Source of the DNA: Eledone cirrhosa
Taxonomy: Eukaryota
NCBI GenBank assembly: GCA_964016885.1
Contig: OZ024740.1
Coordinates: 79,918,001 to 79,982,000 of the forward strand
DNA length: 64,000 nt
Reading direction: 5' to 3'
Of the stretch, positions 24,771-38,184 are shown piece after piece (position 1 is the first letter of the stretch; the number at the start of each line of letters is the position of its first letter). The position numbers were made by a program, and so were the translations under genes. Under the pieces are notes generated by a model. The model was not told the DNA's origin, did not search any database, and saw only the letters and a program-made list of their open reading frames with translations.

Positions 24771-26079
24771 TCCTGCAAAAATAGAAGTACAACAAAAATA
24801 GAAGAGCCCCCCCCCCCCCCCCCCCCGACTCCAAAAAAGAAAGGAACAACATTAACAACAACAAAAATATATTTATTAAATTTAGTTTTCTTTGTCGCAG
24901 TGTTCCAATTCTATTCTGGATTTGTGTAATGCTATCTCTTCCCTATACATCTGTAGATAATTATCTGAAGAATGTCATATTGTCAAAGACACACCTTCTC
25001 TATATCACCTTCTCAGATCAACATGACTGGAAGTGGGATATGGTGACAGGGTTGGGGGGAGGTTACTTCCATTTTTTTGAGGGGTGGGAATCAGATATAG
25101 AAATATATTTGATATTTTTTTTTATGTGAAAAAAAAAAAAAGAATAAGAATAACACCAATACCAAGTGAATAAGGAAATATCTATGTGCTTGATTGCATG
25201 GTAGAAACAGCAGTCAAATCTACCCTCAAATCACACCTTTTCATCTTAAAAGGAAAGACATTTGTTAAAAAAGTTGTATCATCATCATCATCATCATCAT
25301 CATCATACTTCTGTTTTTCCAAGCTGGCATGGCTGTGATGAATCTCTGTATTTCACTATTTGTGATTCTTCATCATCTGGTAGACATAACAAGAGAAAAA
25401 CTGGCTGTATTGTTATATATGTCATGTTATTTTCAGCATTGTATTTATGGCTGGATGTCCTATTAACCACCAAGCTATTTACAGTATAGATTTGGTGGAT
25501 TTTATTTAACCTCTAGCGTAGTTGCCTTAAGACAGGGTAATCCTCTCTACCCTACATTTGTTCAGTCCTTTTTGATATTTTTTTACAGTTGGGTGCATTT
25601 CCTATCACCACCCACATAATATATATATATATACATATATATATTATGATTGTCAGGATGGGTGGTGAGGGGTGAAAAGCTAGCATATTAATGACAATTG
25701 GTTCAGGGTTGAAAAATTGGATGGTGTGTATAAGCAGACTTTGCAAACCAGCAATCTGTGCTGATTTGTTGTATCAAGGAGGCTAAAATTATATTATATT
25801 AAATGAATGCCTTAAAATGAAACCTTTTCTGTCAAAACTTGTTCAGTAGGACAATTGAGAGTGTAAGAGAGGAGAGTGAGGTATATATATAGAGAGCGAT
25901 AATATGGTACAAAACTAAAGATAGACTGAGAGATAGATTTGGTTTAAAATCAAAATTGAATTACATTAAATTAATAATTCATGATTATGGTAAATTGGCT
26001 GTCATTTGAACATAGAACAAAATGCTTTCTGGTATTTGTTTTCTGTGCTCCGAGTTCAAATCTCACTGAGTGCAGTAAG

Positions 26080-27490
26080 TGGATATATCTAATGGCTGGC
26101 ATAACATCTTCAATGTCAACTGCTACAGAAGTTCCAGACATAGAAGAAAAATCTGGAATTAAAAGGCCTCAAAGTGAACCTAGCAAAGAAAGCAAGAAAG
26201 AGGTTAAGACTCTGTTACTATCAGGAACATCGTCATGCTTAATATGTAGAAAAAGATTAGGTAGGAATACCATATGTTGTACTTAGTGTAGACTTTGGAC
26301 AAGCAAGACATGTAGCATCATAGGGAAGCTGACAGGGAGGGTAGATTTCCTATGTGGCAAATGTACTGTAAAGGGTATTCAAGAAATAAACTCTCAAATG
26401 TTAAGGAGGTTCACTGGAAGAGGTAGAAAGCTTCTATCTAGATTTCATTTGTAGTGGAGGTTGATGTACCGAAAATGAGAACAGGGAGCTGTTACTTCTA
26501 CTGGCAACTAAAGGCTTCTCTCTGTGAAGGGCTGATTATATAATGCATGTGTTTGAACTGCAATGCTATATGACAGTGAGATGTAGGCCTTGAGTGCAGA
26601 AGATTTGTAGTGACTACAAAAATGAAGCTAACATGCTTTGCTGCATGTGTAATGTTAGTGTGCATGAATGACAGTGCAAGCAAACCGTGACAAAAGTTCA
26701 GTTGAAAAGGAATTGAATATAACATACAAGAAAGACAATTGAACTGGTATGGACATGTGATCTTAAGGAGACTGAGAAGGGTATAAAAAAAAGTGTTGAG
26801 CACTTAACCCTTTAGTATTTAAACTGGCCATATCCAGCTAGAATTCTCTCACCTCTTTCTGTTCAAACCAGCTGTAACCGACCACGGATACTGATGTTAA
26901 CGTATGGTTCTCAAAATAAATATCAAAATCTCATAGATTCGATATTATGTGAGATATTATTTGAGGTAAAACCTTTACTGGGAAAATACAAAAGTAAATA
27001 TAGAATAATGTATATTCTAAAGGGTTCAAGTGGATAGTATCTATTAAGACATTGAACAAAGTTGTGAGGAATTATTTAACAAAACAAACTGAAAGAGATA
27101 ACGCAGAACTGAGTGGTCTAGTGATGTGCCATAATACAAAAAAAAACATGTCCACTAGTACAAACACTGTGATACTAAAAGTAAATGTGAGAAACCAAAG
27201 GATACAGGGTTTGGTGATTAAGCAGAAACAATATAAGGTCTCAGTCTGAATGATCATGTTCTGGTGTTATGATAGAATGCACTCAATCAGCCCTGTAAAG
27301 TGGTAGTGCTGTGGCCATGAAAAAAAGTACCAGGTACACCCTGTATAATGGTTGGGGCTAGGAAGGGCATCCAGGTGTAAAAATCATGCTAGATATAGAA
27401 CATATGAGCAAGATGTGGCCACAGGACCAATCTAGCTGAAGAACATAACCCTTCTAATCCATATCAGTATGGAAAGTGGACATAAAAATG
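26080..27490 (+). mobile_element. Old degenerate RTE (RT-PHD to 3' UTR), interrupted by a piggyBac MITE
   Basis: CLICRKRLGRNTICC PHD remnant, NWYGHV motif, 3' UTR motif at 27340-27490. Confidence 0.65.
26808..27024. mobile_element. piggyBac-type MITE
   Basis: Homologous to 22828-23031. Confidence 0.8.
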
Positions 27491-28279
27491 ACTTCCCTGA
27501 TGATTTCATACAAATGAGACAGTTCTAGTCTTGTAGGAGTCATTTCTATAATATATATATATCTGTAAACCTCCTGTCTGTGTATGTATAAAGCTACTCA
27601 CACATGCACACACACACATGTACACACACACACACACACGCACACGCACACGCACACGCACATACACACACATACACACACATACACACACACATACACA
27701 CACACACACATATGTACACACACACATGCATATTGTTTAGCAGACAACAGAGTACATCACAGCTATTTGTGTTATCATACTGTGATTTTATCATTTTAAG
27801 TAAAGCCATCTCTCAGTTAGTACTACTGAACCTAAATTGCTATACTCATCAAGACATTTAAATTGTTTATTTTTGGTGTCTCTGAATATGTCCGATGTTT
27901 CAGTAATGTGAGATGTCTTAGAAAATAGTAGATCATTGAACTAAAATTATTACAATATTGAATTTCGTGTCGACTTTGATTTTTATCTTTCATATTCATT
28001 GCTATACAGTAGGTGTTAGTCATATATAAATACACCCAGTATATAAAGTAGCTGGTAACATAAAGCATGCCTACAGCTGTAGAAAACCTGCCAAACAGGG
28101 TCGGATAACATTGCAACTTCTCTAGTGTTGGTGCATGATAACATGCACTTGACAGTGCAGGAATGTATGTAGAGTTGCAGGCCCTCAGCCCATCTGAAAA
28201 GTCAGTAGCTTGGCTTGATACTGACTTGGTCTATGATGACCAGTCTAACGCTTGTTAGCAGGGAAAACACGTTAAATGA

Positions 28280-28313
<34 letters not shown>

Positions 28314-28326
28314 TCATTATGTATAT

Positions 28327-28644
28327 CATCATCATTTTTACGTCCGCTTTTCCCTGCTTGCAGGGAACTGATTCTGGCTTGATTTCTACAGCTGGATGCC
28401 CTTCCTAACACCAACCTCATTTACAGTGAGTGCTGGGTGCTTTTTTGCCGTGGCACCTCCACGACCACTTTGCAGTGGAATGATAGGGACCCCTGACCTA
28501 TCATCTCATTTCTACAGTTGAGTAAACTGGAGCAATGTGAAATAAAGTGTCTTGCTCAAGGAAACAACACATCACCCGGTCTGAGAATTACACTCACAAC
28601 CTTTCGATTGCAAGGCCAATGCTCTAACCGCTAAGCCATGTGCC

Positions 28645-28647
<3 letters not shown>
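28327..28647 (-). mobile_element. SINE family 1 (tRNA head + RTE tail)
   Basis: Homologous to 51401-51728. Confidence 0.88.
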
Positions 28648-28677
<30 letters not shown>

Positions 28678-28678
<1 letters not shown>

Positions 28679-29420
28679 TGATGGTAGCTAAGATGCTTCC
28701 ATAGGCGGTATGCAGGTTGAGCACTCTATGTTCTTACAGAGTGTGATATAATATAAAACGAAAAATCAGTGATGCATCTGAACTTAATTTGTGTGTTACA
28801 ATTGTTTCGCTGGTGGACAGCTCGAGACACGATCATTGTGTGGATCTGCAGGTTCGACGGACACGTCTAATGATTTCGGAGTAAATTCTTTCACTGGGGT
28901 GTTAGCGTCAAAAACTTCATCCCCTTCGCGCGTCCTGTTATTGGACACTGGTTATCTACGACATCATAATTCTGACCAACAGGTCTTGCTCGGCTGACCA
29001 TCAGCTGTCCCGTGTCTGCCACACTTCGATGAATTAGTGCTGGGTTTGGTAGTTCACACGTCCACGCGCGCACTCTCTCACACCACACACACACACAATC
29101 ACATAGATAATGACAGTCGTACGCATAGACTCCCGCTATACACACACATTTAAGGAGAACCTATAAACATATACATACACAGACGCCTGCCTACATGCCT
29201 AAACATACCCCCCCCCCCACACACACCCACCCACCCACACACACAGGCACACACGCATGCATACGCGTATATATACCCGTATACACAAACACGTACATAA
29301 TATACATAGACACCCCACCCCTTTTTCCTTTCCTCCCCATACACACACACATACACACACGTGTCCATATATACAGGCACATATACACACTCGCTTGCAA
29401 ACACACATACACATATATAT
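28678..29420. repeat. CpG-rich segment, inverted paralog of 52480-54449
   Basis: Collinear reverse-complement homology that resumes at 33495-33575 after the RTE insertion. Confidence 0.85.
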
Positions 29421-29430
29421 ATATATATAC

Positions 29431-32400
29431 TCTCCCAATATAAAATAAATCTTTTGCAAGTACGAAACTCAGAATTCGTCAACCCCTTCTCAGGCTAGGC
29501 TATTTCTTTACTCTTCTCTCCATTTTTTTCCCTGGTCCGTTCATCTATCTGTATCATTTCGCCCAGAATCCAATCTTTGCTTTTTCAATGCTATTTGATA
29601 ATTCTATCTGATTGTTCAAAACAATCTTCTTGAATTTTTAAATTCCCATAATTCTTCTCTTATTACTGTTATATATGCTTGTTAAATTATGCCCAAAATT
29701 CGAGGATTTTATTTAAACTTTCTCGCTAACTACCCCATATCCCTCCCACCCGACCCACTCACCACCATTGTTACGTGGACCAATCATAAGTCAGTGGCCT
29801 ATGCTATCACTTTTTAAGTTTAGACCTGGTTGCCTTTCGATATGATGGATGGACTACGGAATTCTGGAGAGTTTGAAAAGAAAAAATCTGGACACTCAGT
29901 GACAATACCAAAGATAAAAACAAATTCACCTCATGCTGCCAGACGAGAATGCAAAGACTCCTCCTCTTTATTTCGGCCACGGATGGCTAACATAACCCCA
30001 TCTCCCCCCCCCCCCCCCCCCCCCTCCCCCCCTGCGCTCCACCATTCCCACACTCCAAACGCAATCCAAAACTTCAGAGTTGGTACTATGAATGTAGGCA
30101 CCTTAAAAGGTCGCTCTAACGAGGTTGTAGAAATGCTTGAACATAAGGAGGTTGATGTTTGCTGTATTCAAGAGACCAGATGGAGGGCTGGGTCTGCTAG
30201 ATTCATTGTGGGTAAAGAACGATGCTATAAGCTTTTCTGGGTGGGAAATGACAATGGGCTGGGTGGAGTAGGAATCATTGTAGCAGAAAAGTGGGTGGAT
30301 AAGATAATAGACGTAAATAGAGTGAACGACAGAATAATTAAAATAAGACTTGTCCTAAATAGAACGACTGTGACAGTAATATCTGCATATGCACCAGAAT
30401 CTGGACTGCCTGGCATTATAAAAGACAGATTCTATGAGACGTTAATGCTCACTACCTCCCAAATAACTGACAGTGACTACATAGTTATCGATGGCGACCT
30501 AAATGGTCACGTTGGACAACATTGTGACGGCTATGACGGAATCCATGAAGGCTACGGAGGCTATGGGTTTGGTACTAGAAATGAGGAAGGCTCCAGAATC
30601 CTGGACGCAAATAACCTAACTATCTGTAACACTAACTTCAAAAACGAGACAATCACTTGATCACCTACAGATCAGGGGAACACACCAGCCAGGTAGATTA
30701 TATCCTTACCAGAAGACGTGACAGAGTGTCTGTTGTAAACACTAAATCCCTCCCCCATAAAGAATGCACCTCCCAACATAGACTGATAATTAGCGACCTC
30801 ATAGTCAGGACGAGACGTACTAGACAGCAGAAGAGGACTATCCTCAGGAGAAAATATGGAAGCTAAAGGACCCCATAGCCAGAAATAAATTTAAAAGCAT
30901 ATTACTTGATGCTTTCGACAGTAAGGAAGAGCAATTAGAGTTGTACAATATAGAGGAACAGTGGGAATTCCTGAAAGCAAACCTGCTGATGGCGGCGGAC
31001 GAAGTCTTTGGCTGGAGCAGGCCTGTAGGCAGGAGGAGAGTAACATGGTGGTGGAACAGTAAGGTGGAGGAGTCAATTAAGGCCAAAAAGCAGGCATGGA
31101 AAGTATGGCGGGATGGGGGAAGTAGAGAAGACTATCAAGTGGCCAGGAGGGAAGCTAGGAGACAAGTGTACTTCGCAAGAAGGGAAGCAGAGGAAAGAAA
31201 GTTCAAGCATGTTCTACAACGCGAGGACCAAAAACGTGAGGTGTTCAGGATTGCTAGGCAATGTGTCAAGGAAAACCGTGATATTGTCGGGGAGAAGTGT
31301 GTCCTAAATGATGATGGTGTACTTGCCATCACTGACGCTGATAAGAAGGTAGCTTGGAGGTGTCACTACGAAAGGCTACTAAATAAGGAGAATAATTGGG
31401 AGAAAGACAGTCTCCCCCACATCGATCCAATAGAGGGACCAGCAGTGCAAGTTGAAGGTAGTATAATAAGTAAGGCGATCAAAGATATGAAGACAGGCAA
31501 GGTGGCTGAGCCTTCGGAAATAGTTGCTGAAATGCTGAAAGCATCTGGAACGGTGGGACACACTATGGTCACCCGGATAGTAAACCAAGTCATACAGAAT
31601 GTGGTCGTTCCGAAGGACTGGCGTAGCAGCATCATCATTAACTGCTACAAGGGTAAAGGAGATGCCTTAAATAGGGGAAACTATAGAGGCATTAAATTAA
31701 TTGACCAGGTCATGAAGGTCACAGAAAAAGTAATAGCGCAACTAATCAGAGAGCGAATTGATCTCGATGAAATGCAGTTCGGGTTTGTGTCAGGTAAAAG
31801 TACAACAGACGTCTTTCATTGTACGACAACTACAGGAGAAGTACCTAGCTAAAAGTAAACCCCTATACTTAGCTTTTGTTGACTTGGAGAAAGCCTTTGA
31901 CAGAGTACCCTGCTCCATTATCTGGTGGGCTCTTAGAAAACTAGGTGTTGATGAATGGCTTGTGAGAGCTATACAAGCCATGTATAAAGAAACAGTCAGC
32001 AAGGTTAGAATTAACAACGAATATAGTGAAGAGTTTAGCGTAAAAGTTGGTGTTCATCAGGGCTCCGTCCTTAGCCCCCTACTATTTATTATTGCCCTTC
32101 AGGCTATAACAGAGGAGTTCAAGACCAGCTGCCCATGGGAACTCCTATACATAGATGATCTAATGCTCATAGCTGAATCAATGGAATTCCTGAAGAAATT
32201 CCAAACATGGAAGCATGACCTAGAATCAAAAGGCCTTAAAATTAACCTGTCTAAGACTAAAGTTCTAGTTTGTAGGAAGGAAAATAGGGCACTGGTCCCA
32301 TCTGGGAAATGGCCATGCTCAGTGTGTAGGAAAGGAGTAGGCAGAAACTCCATTTTATGTCCCAAATGCAAAGTATGGGTGCATAAAAGATGTAGTGGGA

Positions 32401-33494
32401 TCACAGGTAAGCTAAATAAGAACATAGATTTTATGTGTGGCTGGTGCTCAGGTGCAATAAGTAGCAAGTGCCCACAGGATACTAGCTCCTTCCATTGCCC
32501 AGATGGTTCCATAGAAATAGTGGACACCTTCCATTACCTGGGTGACAAAATCAGCAGTGGTGGAGGGTGCTCTGAAAGTACAGTAGCCAGAGTCAGAACG
32601 GGATGGAAAAAGTTCAGAAAACTTATACCACTATTGGCCACTAAAGCTTTCTTTCTAAAAATGAAAGACAGATTGTATGATGCCTGCATACAAACAGCAA
32701 TGTTACATGGCAGTGAGACATGGGCATTGTGTGCAGAGGATCTGCACAGACTGGAGAGGAACAAAGCTTGCATGATCTGTTGGATGTGTAATAGTAATAT
32801 ACGTGAACGGCAAAGCATAAATAAACTGAGAAATTAGGAATAAGAGGAATCAGATGTTGTTTACTCGAGAAAAGACTACGTTGGTATGGTCACGTGATGC
32901 GCATGAAAGACGACAGCTGTATAAAAATGTGTAGGGCGATAAAAATAGACGGTAGCCTCGGAGTAGGTAGACCCAGAAAAACCTGGGACGACTTGATAAA
33001 CTCCAACCTCACACAGTTACAACTCTCCAAGATAATATCACTGGACCGAGATCTTTGGCGCTACACAGTAATAGAGACGAGCCGACTTGCCTAAGTACAA
33101 AGCGAAACCTACAGTCAGTAGGCACCTCTTAACAAAAAAAAACAAAAAAAAAAAAATACACACCCGTCCCACTACCCCCAACCCATCCACACCACCCCTT
33201 TCGATGTAAAGTTATGTTGGTACCACAACATACAGTCCGAAATAAATGAGGTCGTGTAGGTGTCATGACAAAAAATACACACAGTCCACGCTGTAATGTG
33301 ACCGTGTAGGTAACACGGTAAAAACCTCCCAGTCCACACTGTAAACTTGGTTGGTGTTAGGAAGGGCATCCAGCCGTAGAAAAGCCACCAGACAGTCCTA
33401 TGCGAGCAAGACAACCAATCTTGCCTCAAGTGGGAAAACTCCTGTCCAAACCCATGCTAGCGTGGAATATGGACATTAAACGATGATGATGATG
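29431..33494 (+). mobile_element. RTE subfamily A, full-length, frameshifted
   Basis: 5' UTR, ORF pieces spanning 29830-33094 in several frames, 3' UTR and (GAT)n tail. Confidence 0.93.
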
Positions 33495-34051
33495 AAACAA
33501 GCCCTTTCCCTACAGTGGGTGCTTGTACACACACACACACACACACACACTGGCTTATATACACTCTTACAAATATGCGCATATTCACATACAGGCACAC
33601 GCACGCATACAAAGCTACATACATATATATATATATATATACACAAATAGGATATATACACAGTCATATATAGATACACAATGGGTCATACATGAAAGGA
33701 TGCATCTTGTTATAAACATGCACATATATAAACAATATAACCATATACATATATATATACACATACATATATATACATATACATATATATATATATATAT
33801 ATACACATACATATATACACATATATGAAAGAAATATAAAATATATTAAAAATATACATATAACGTCACATAGAGATAAACAGTGTGCTATACATGAAAA
33901 GGGTGCGCTCAGTTTATATATATCTACAGAGATGTTACGTTGCGAATATGGATCAAACCACATATGGAATCTTTGCGCAAAGCCACATAATGGCCGTTCA
34001 TGGTATTACAGTAAATAGTATGTGCAGACCGTACATAGAAAATGCGTGCAG

Positions 34052-34650
34052 AAAATATATAAAAAAAAGAAAACATATACAAAAAGAAGAAACGTGTATG
34101 CGTATGAGATAGTACACAAGAAAAGTATGAGATACACACGTGGGTTTGTATACGGAAAATATACAATATGTGTTACAAAATGGAATACGTGGAGAGTATG
34201 GACTCTATTGAAAAGATACACATGCATGGGGGTGATCGAGACGGGTTCAAGGGATCAGACACCATACCCTGATGACTATATATGCCCCGTGGGGTAAGCC
34301 GAAATAACCCTGGATGCATACCCGACTCTGCATGTGACCCTTGGCAAGAACATCGCCTGAGCCGGGACAGGTTGAGCCGGATTCCACTGACTTTCAGTCA
34401 AATGCCTTACACGTATAGGGCAATATACCTCAACCACAGTGACATACTCCAGTATGGCCGGTCCACGCACCCCATGCATGTGTATCTTTTCAATAGAGTC
34501 CATACTCTCCACGTATTCCATTCTGTAACACATATTGTATTTTCCGTATACAGATCCACGTGTGTATCTCATACTTTTCTTGTGTACTATCTCATACGTA
34601 TACACGTTCCTTCTTCGTTTTGTATATGTTTTCTTTTATTTTATATATTT
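34052..34650. repeat. Inverted repeat (~183-bp arms, ~233-bp spacer)
   Basis: 34052-34234 is the reverse complement of 34468-34650 with few mismatches. Confidence 0.9.
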
Positions 34651-34719
34651 ATATATATATATTCATCATTATGTATATATATATAGGGCGGTGGATATAT
34701 TATGTATATATATATATAG

Positions 34720-34906
34720 GGTGGTGGATTGGCAGTATCGGTAGAGGGTCGGACGCCATGCTTTCCAGCATAGTTACGTCCCTTTACGATCTGAGTTCAA
34801 ATCCCGCCGAGGTTGACTTTGCCTTTCATCCTTACGGGGTCGATAAAATAAAGTACCAGTAATGCACTGGGTAATTGCTGGCCTTGTGCCTAAAGTAGAA
34901 ACAATT
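34720..34906 (+). mobile_element. SINE family 2 (Meta/MESC-like)
   Basis: Family consensus. Confidence 0.85.
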
Positions 34907-34981
34907 ATGTATATATATATATATATTCATCATTATGTATATATATATATATGATGATGATGATATATATATATTCATCAT

Positions 34982-35027
<46 letters not shown>

Positions 35028-35105
35028 TCATTATGTATATATATATAAACGGAAAAAATGAAACAAAATTTCATTTCTCACTCTTAGTACGGCTGTTACT
35101 TAAAT

Positions 35106-35176
35106 ATAAGTATGTACACGTACATACATATATGTATACAGATGTACAGTAGTATGTATATATATATATACTACTG

Positions 35177-35212
<36 letters not shown>

Positions 35213-35440
35213 CATGCACACATATATACATGTACGTATGGATTCACTGAACATTTATTATAATGCTCGGTGTGTTTGTAAACAAACTCGGGATGTTTGT
35301 TTACAAACACACCGAGCATTATAATAAATGTTCGGTGAATCCATACGTACATATATATATGTGTGCATGTATGTATATATATATATATACATACTACTGT
35401 ACGTCTGTATACATATATGTATGTACGTATACATACTTAT
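35106..35440. repeat. Foldback palindrome with 7-nt loop at 35288-35294
   Basis: Arms are reverse-complementary apart from microsatellite length differences. Confidence 0.88.
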
Positions 35441-35580
35441 TAATATATATATATATATTATATATATATAAGAGGAATTCCAACTTTGTCTGATTTACTC
35501 GTTTTATTTACAATCCTTTAAAATTTATAATGGTATTATAATGAAATAGTATGATAGAATATTAAATTCTAAGTGTTAAT

Positions 35581-35619
35581 TGAACAAGTACTTTCATGCT
35601 TTCGCAATCTTCAGGTTCA
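35581..35619 (-). ncRNA. Minimal type-I hammerhead ribozyme (mirror copy)
   Basis: Reverse complement of 35693-35731. Confidence 0.7.
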
Positions 35620-35692
35620 TAATATGTGGTGACAGTCAAGTTTGCAATTTTCAACTGTTGAAAATTGCAAACTTGACTGTCACCACATATTA

Positions 35693-35731
35693 TGAACCTG
35701 AAGATTGCGAAAGCATGAAAGTACTTGTTCA
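35693..35731 (+). ncRNA. Minimal type-I hammerhead ribozyme (Penelope-type)
   Basis: TGAAC [CTGAAGA] t TGC-GAAA-GCA t [GAAA] GTAC [T-T] GTTCA: stem I, core boxes, GNRA-capped stem II, palindromic stem III. Confidence 0.7.
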
Positions 35732-35915
35732 ATTAACACTTAGAATTTAATATTCTATCATACTATTTCATTATAATACCATTATAAATTTTAAAGGATT
35801 GTAAATAAAACGAGTAAATCAGACAAAGTTGGAATTCCTCTTATTAATATAATCTTCTATACACAATCATACACACCCGTGTATATTTCTCTCTCTCTCT
35901 CTCTCTCTTCATCAT

Positions 35916-36015
35916 TCCGAGGTTGACTTTGCCTTTCATCCTTACGGGGTCGATAAAATAAAGTACCAGTAATGCACTGGATAATTGCTGGCCTTGTGCT
36001 TAAAGTAGAAACAAT

Positions 36016-36016
<1 letters not shown>
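35916..36016 (+). mobile_element. SINE family 2, 5'-truncated
   Basis: Family consensus. Confidence 0.8.
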
Positions 36017-36067
<51 letters not shown>

Positions 36068-36081
36068 TCATTATATATATA

Positions 36082-37600
36082 TCATCATCATCATCATCGT
36101 TTAACGTCCATATTCCACGCTTGCATGGGTTTGGACGGGAGTTTTCCCACTTGAGGCAAGAGTGGTTGTCTTGCTCGCATAGGACTGTCTGGCGGGTTTT
36201 CTACGGCTGGGTGCCCTTCCTACCACCGACCGCATTTACAGTGTGGAACTGGGAGGTTTTTACCGTGTTACCTACATGGCCACATTACAGCGTGGACTGT
36301 GTGTTTTTTTGTCGTGACACCTACACGACCTCATTTGTTTCGGGCTGGATGTTGTGACACCAACATAACTTTACATTGAAAGGGGTGGTGTGGATGGGGT
36401 GTTCTCTATTACTGTGTAGCGCGAAAGCTCTCAGTCCAGTGACATTGTCTTGGAGAGGTGTAAGTGTGTGAGGTCGGAACTTATCAGGTCGTCCCAGGTT
36501 TTTCTGGGTCTGCCTACTCCGTGGCTACCGTCTATTTTTATTGCCCTGCACTTTGTTATACAGCTGTCGTCTTTCATGCGCATCACATGACCATACCAAC
36601 GTAGTCTTCTCTCGAGTAAACATCTGATCCCTCTTATTTCTAATTTCTCCCTTAGTTCGTTTATGCTTTGCCGTTCACGTATATTACTATTACACATCCA
36701 GCGGAGCATGCAAGCTTCGTTTCTCTCCAGTCTGCGTATATCCTCTGCACACAATGCCCAGGTCTCACTGCCATGTAACATTGCTGTTCGTATGCAGGCA
36801 TCATACAGCCTGCCTTTCATTTTTAGAGAGAACCCTTTAGTGGCCAATAGTGGTATAAGCTCTCTGAACTTTTTCCATCCCGTTCTGACTCTAGCTACTG
36901 TACTTTCAGAGCACCCTCCCCCACTGCTGATTTTATCACCCAGGTAACGGAAGCTGTCCACTATTTCTATAGAAGCATCTGTGCATTGGAATGAGTTAGT
37001 ATTCTGTGGGCACTTGCTGCTACTTATTGCACCAGAGCACCAGCCACATATAAAATCTCTATTCTTAGTTAGCTTACCTGTGATCCCACTACATCTTTTA
37101 TGTACCCATACTTTGCATTTGGGACATAAAATGGAGTTTCTACCTACTCCTTTCCTACACACTGAGCATGGCCATTTCCCAGATGGGATCGGTGCCCTAT
37201 TTTCCTTCCTACAAACTAGAACTTTAGTCTTAGACAAGTTAACTTTAAGGCCTTTTGATTCTAGGCCATGCTTCCATGTTTGGAATTTCTTCTCTAGTTC
37301 AGCCATTGATTCAGCTATGAGCGTTAGATCATCTGCATATAGGAGTTGCCATGGGCAGCCGGTCTTGAACTCCTCTGTTATAGCCTGAAGGACAATAATA
37401 AATAGTAGGGGGCTAAGGACGGAGCCCTGATGAACACCAACTTTTACGCTAAACTTTTCACTATATTCGTTGTTAATTCTAACCTTGCTGACTGTTTCTT
37501 TATACATGGCTTGTATAGCTCTCACAAGCCATTCATCAACACCTAGTTTTCTAAGAGCCCACCAGATAATGGAACGGGGGACTCTGTTAAAGGCTTTCTC
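36082..37600 (-). mobile_element. RTE subfamily A, 5'-truncated at EKAFNRVP
   Basis: ORF 36431..37525; (CAT)n tail. Confidence 0.92.
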
Positions 37601-38150
37601 TTTTGGGCGGTACAGGTATCAATGTGTTCACTCAGTGGTATTTTCCTGTATTCCCGTATTTTAATTTGGGATCTATGGACAGTCATGCGTTGGCGGAGGC
37701 TGTTTTTGGTCTGGCCTATGTATTGTTCTCGACAACCTGAGCAAGTTGATACATATATTAGATTTTCTGATGCGCATGTGAAATCGTGTTTTACTATAAA
37801 ACGTTGTCCTTCTTTGAAATAGAATTCCGAACCCTCTATTAGGTTGATGCATATGCCACAGTTGGGTCTATCGCATTTTTTTACTGTGGGTTTCGTTGTT
37901 GTGGTTGGCAGTACTTTGGCATGTGTTAGGATGTTTTTCATTGACTTGGATTGTCTTTTGCTCTTTATGATATCGTGTGTTCGTAGAATTTGGTTCATTC
38001 TATGGTCCTTTTTCAATACAAGGATGTTCTGGAGGATGGTGTCAAAGGCCTCATTGTTGAGGGTGTTGTGTGTGGAGATGTATGGAAGAGCTTTTAGTTT
38101 CGGTTGATTTACTTTAGGGTGTCTAAGGTCCTGGGTACTGAGTTTTAGGG
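37601..38150 (-). mobile_element. Penelope-like element fragment (linker Zn-knuckle + GIY-YIG endonuclease)
   Basis: PYISTHN, KSKRQSK, CDRPNCGIC, NLIYVSTCSGCREQYIGQT..LRQRMTVH. Confidence 0.85.
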
Positions 38151-38184
38151 CATATATATATATATATATATATATATTCATCAT

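Larger units (their letters stand above)
35468..35844. repeat. Apparently perfect 377-bp palindrome (188-bp arms, centre 35656)
   Basis: No mismatch found by eye between the arms. Confidence 0.92.

Noticed and set aside
23948-24784. Poly-His / poly-Val / Gly-rich ORFs
   Set aside because: Translation of a (CAC)n microsatellite.
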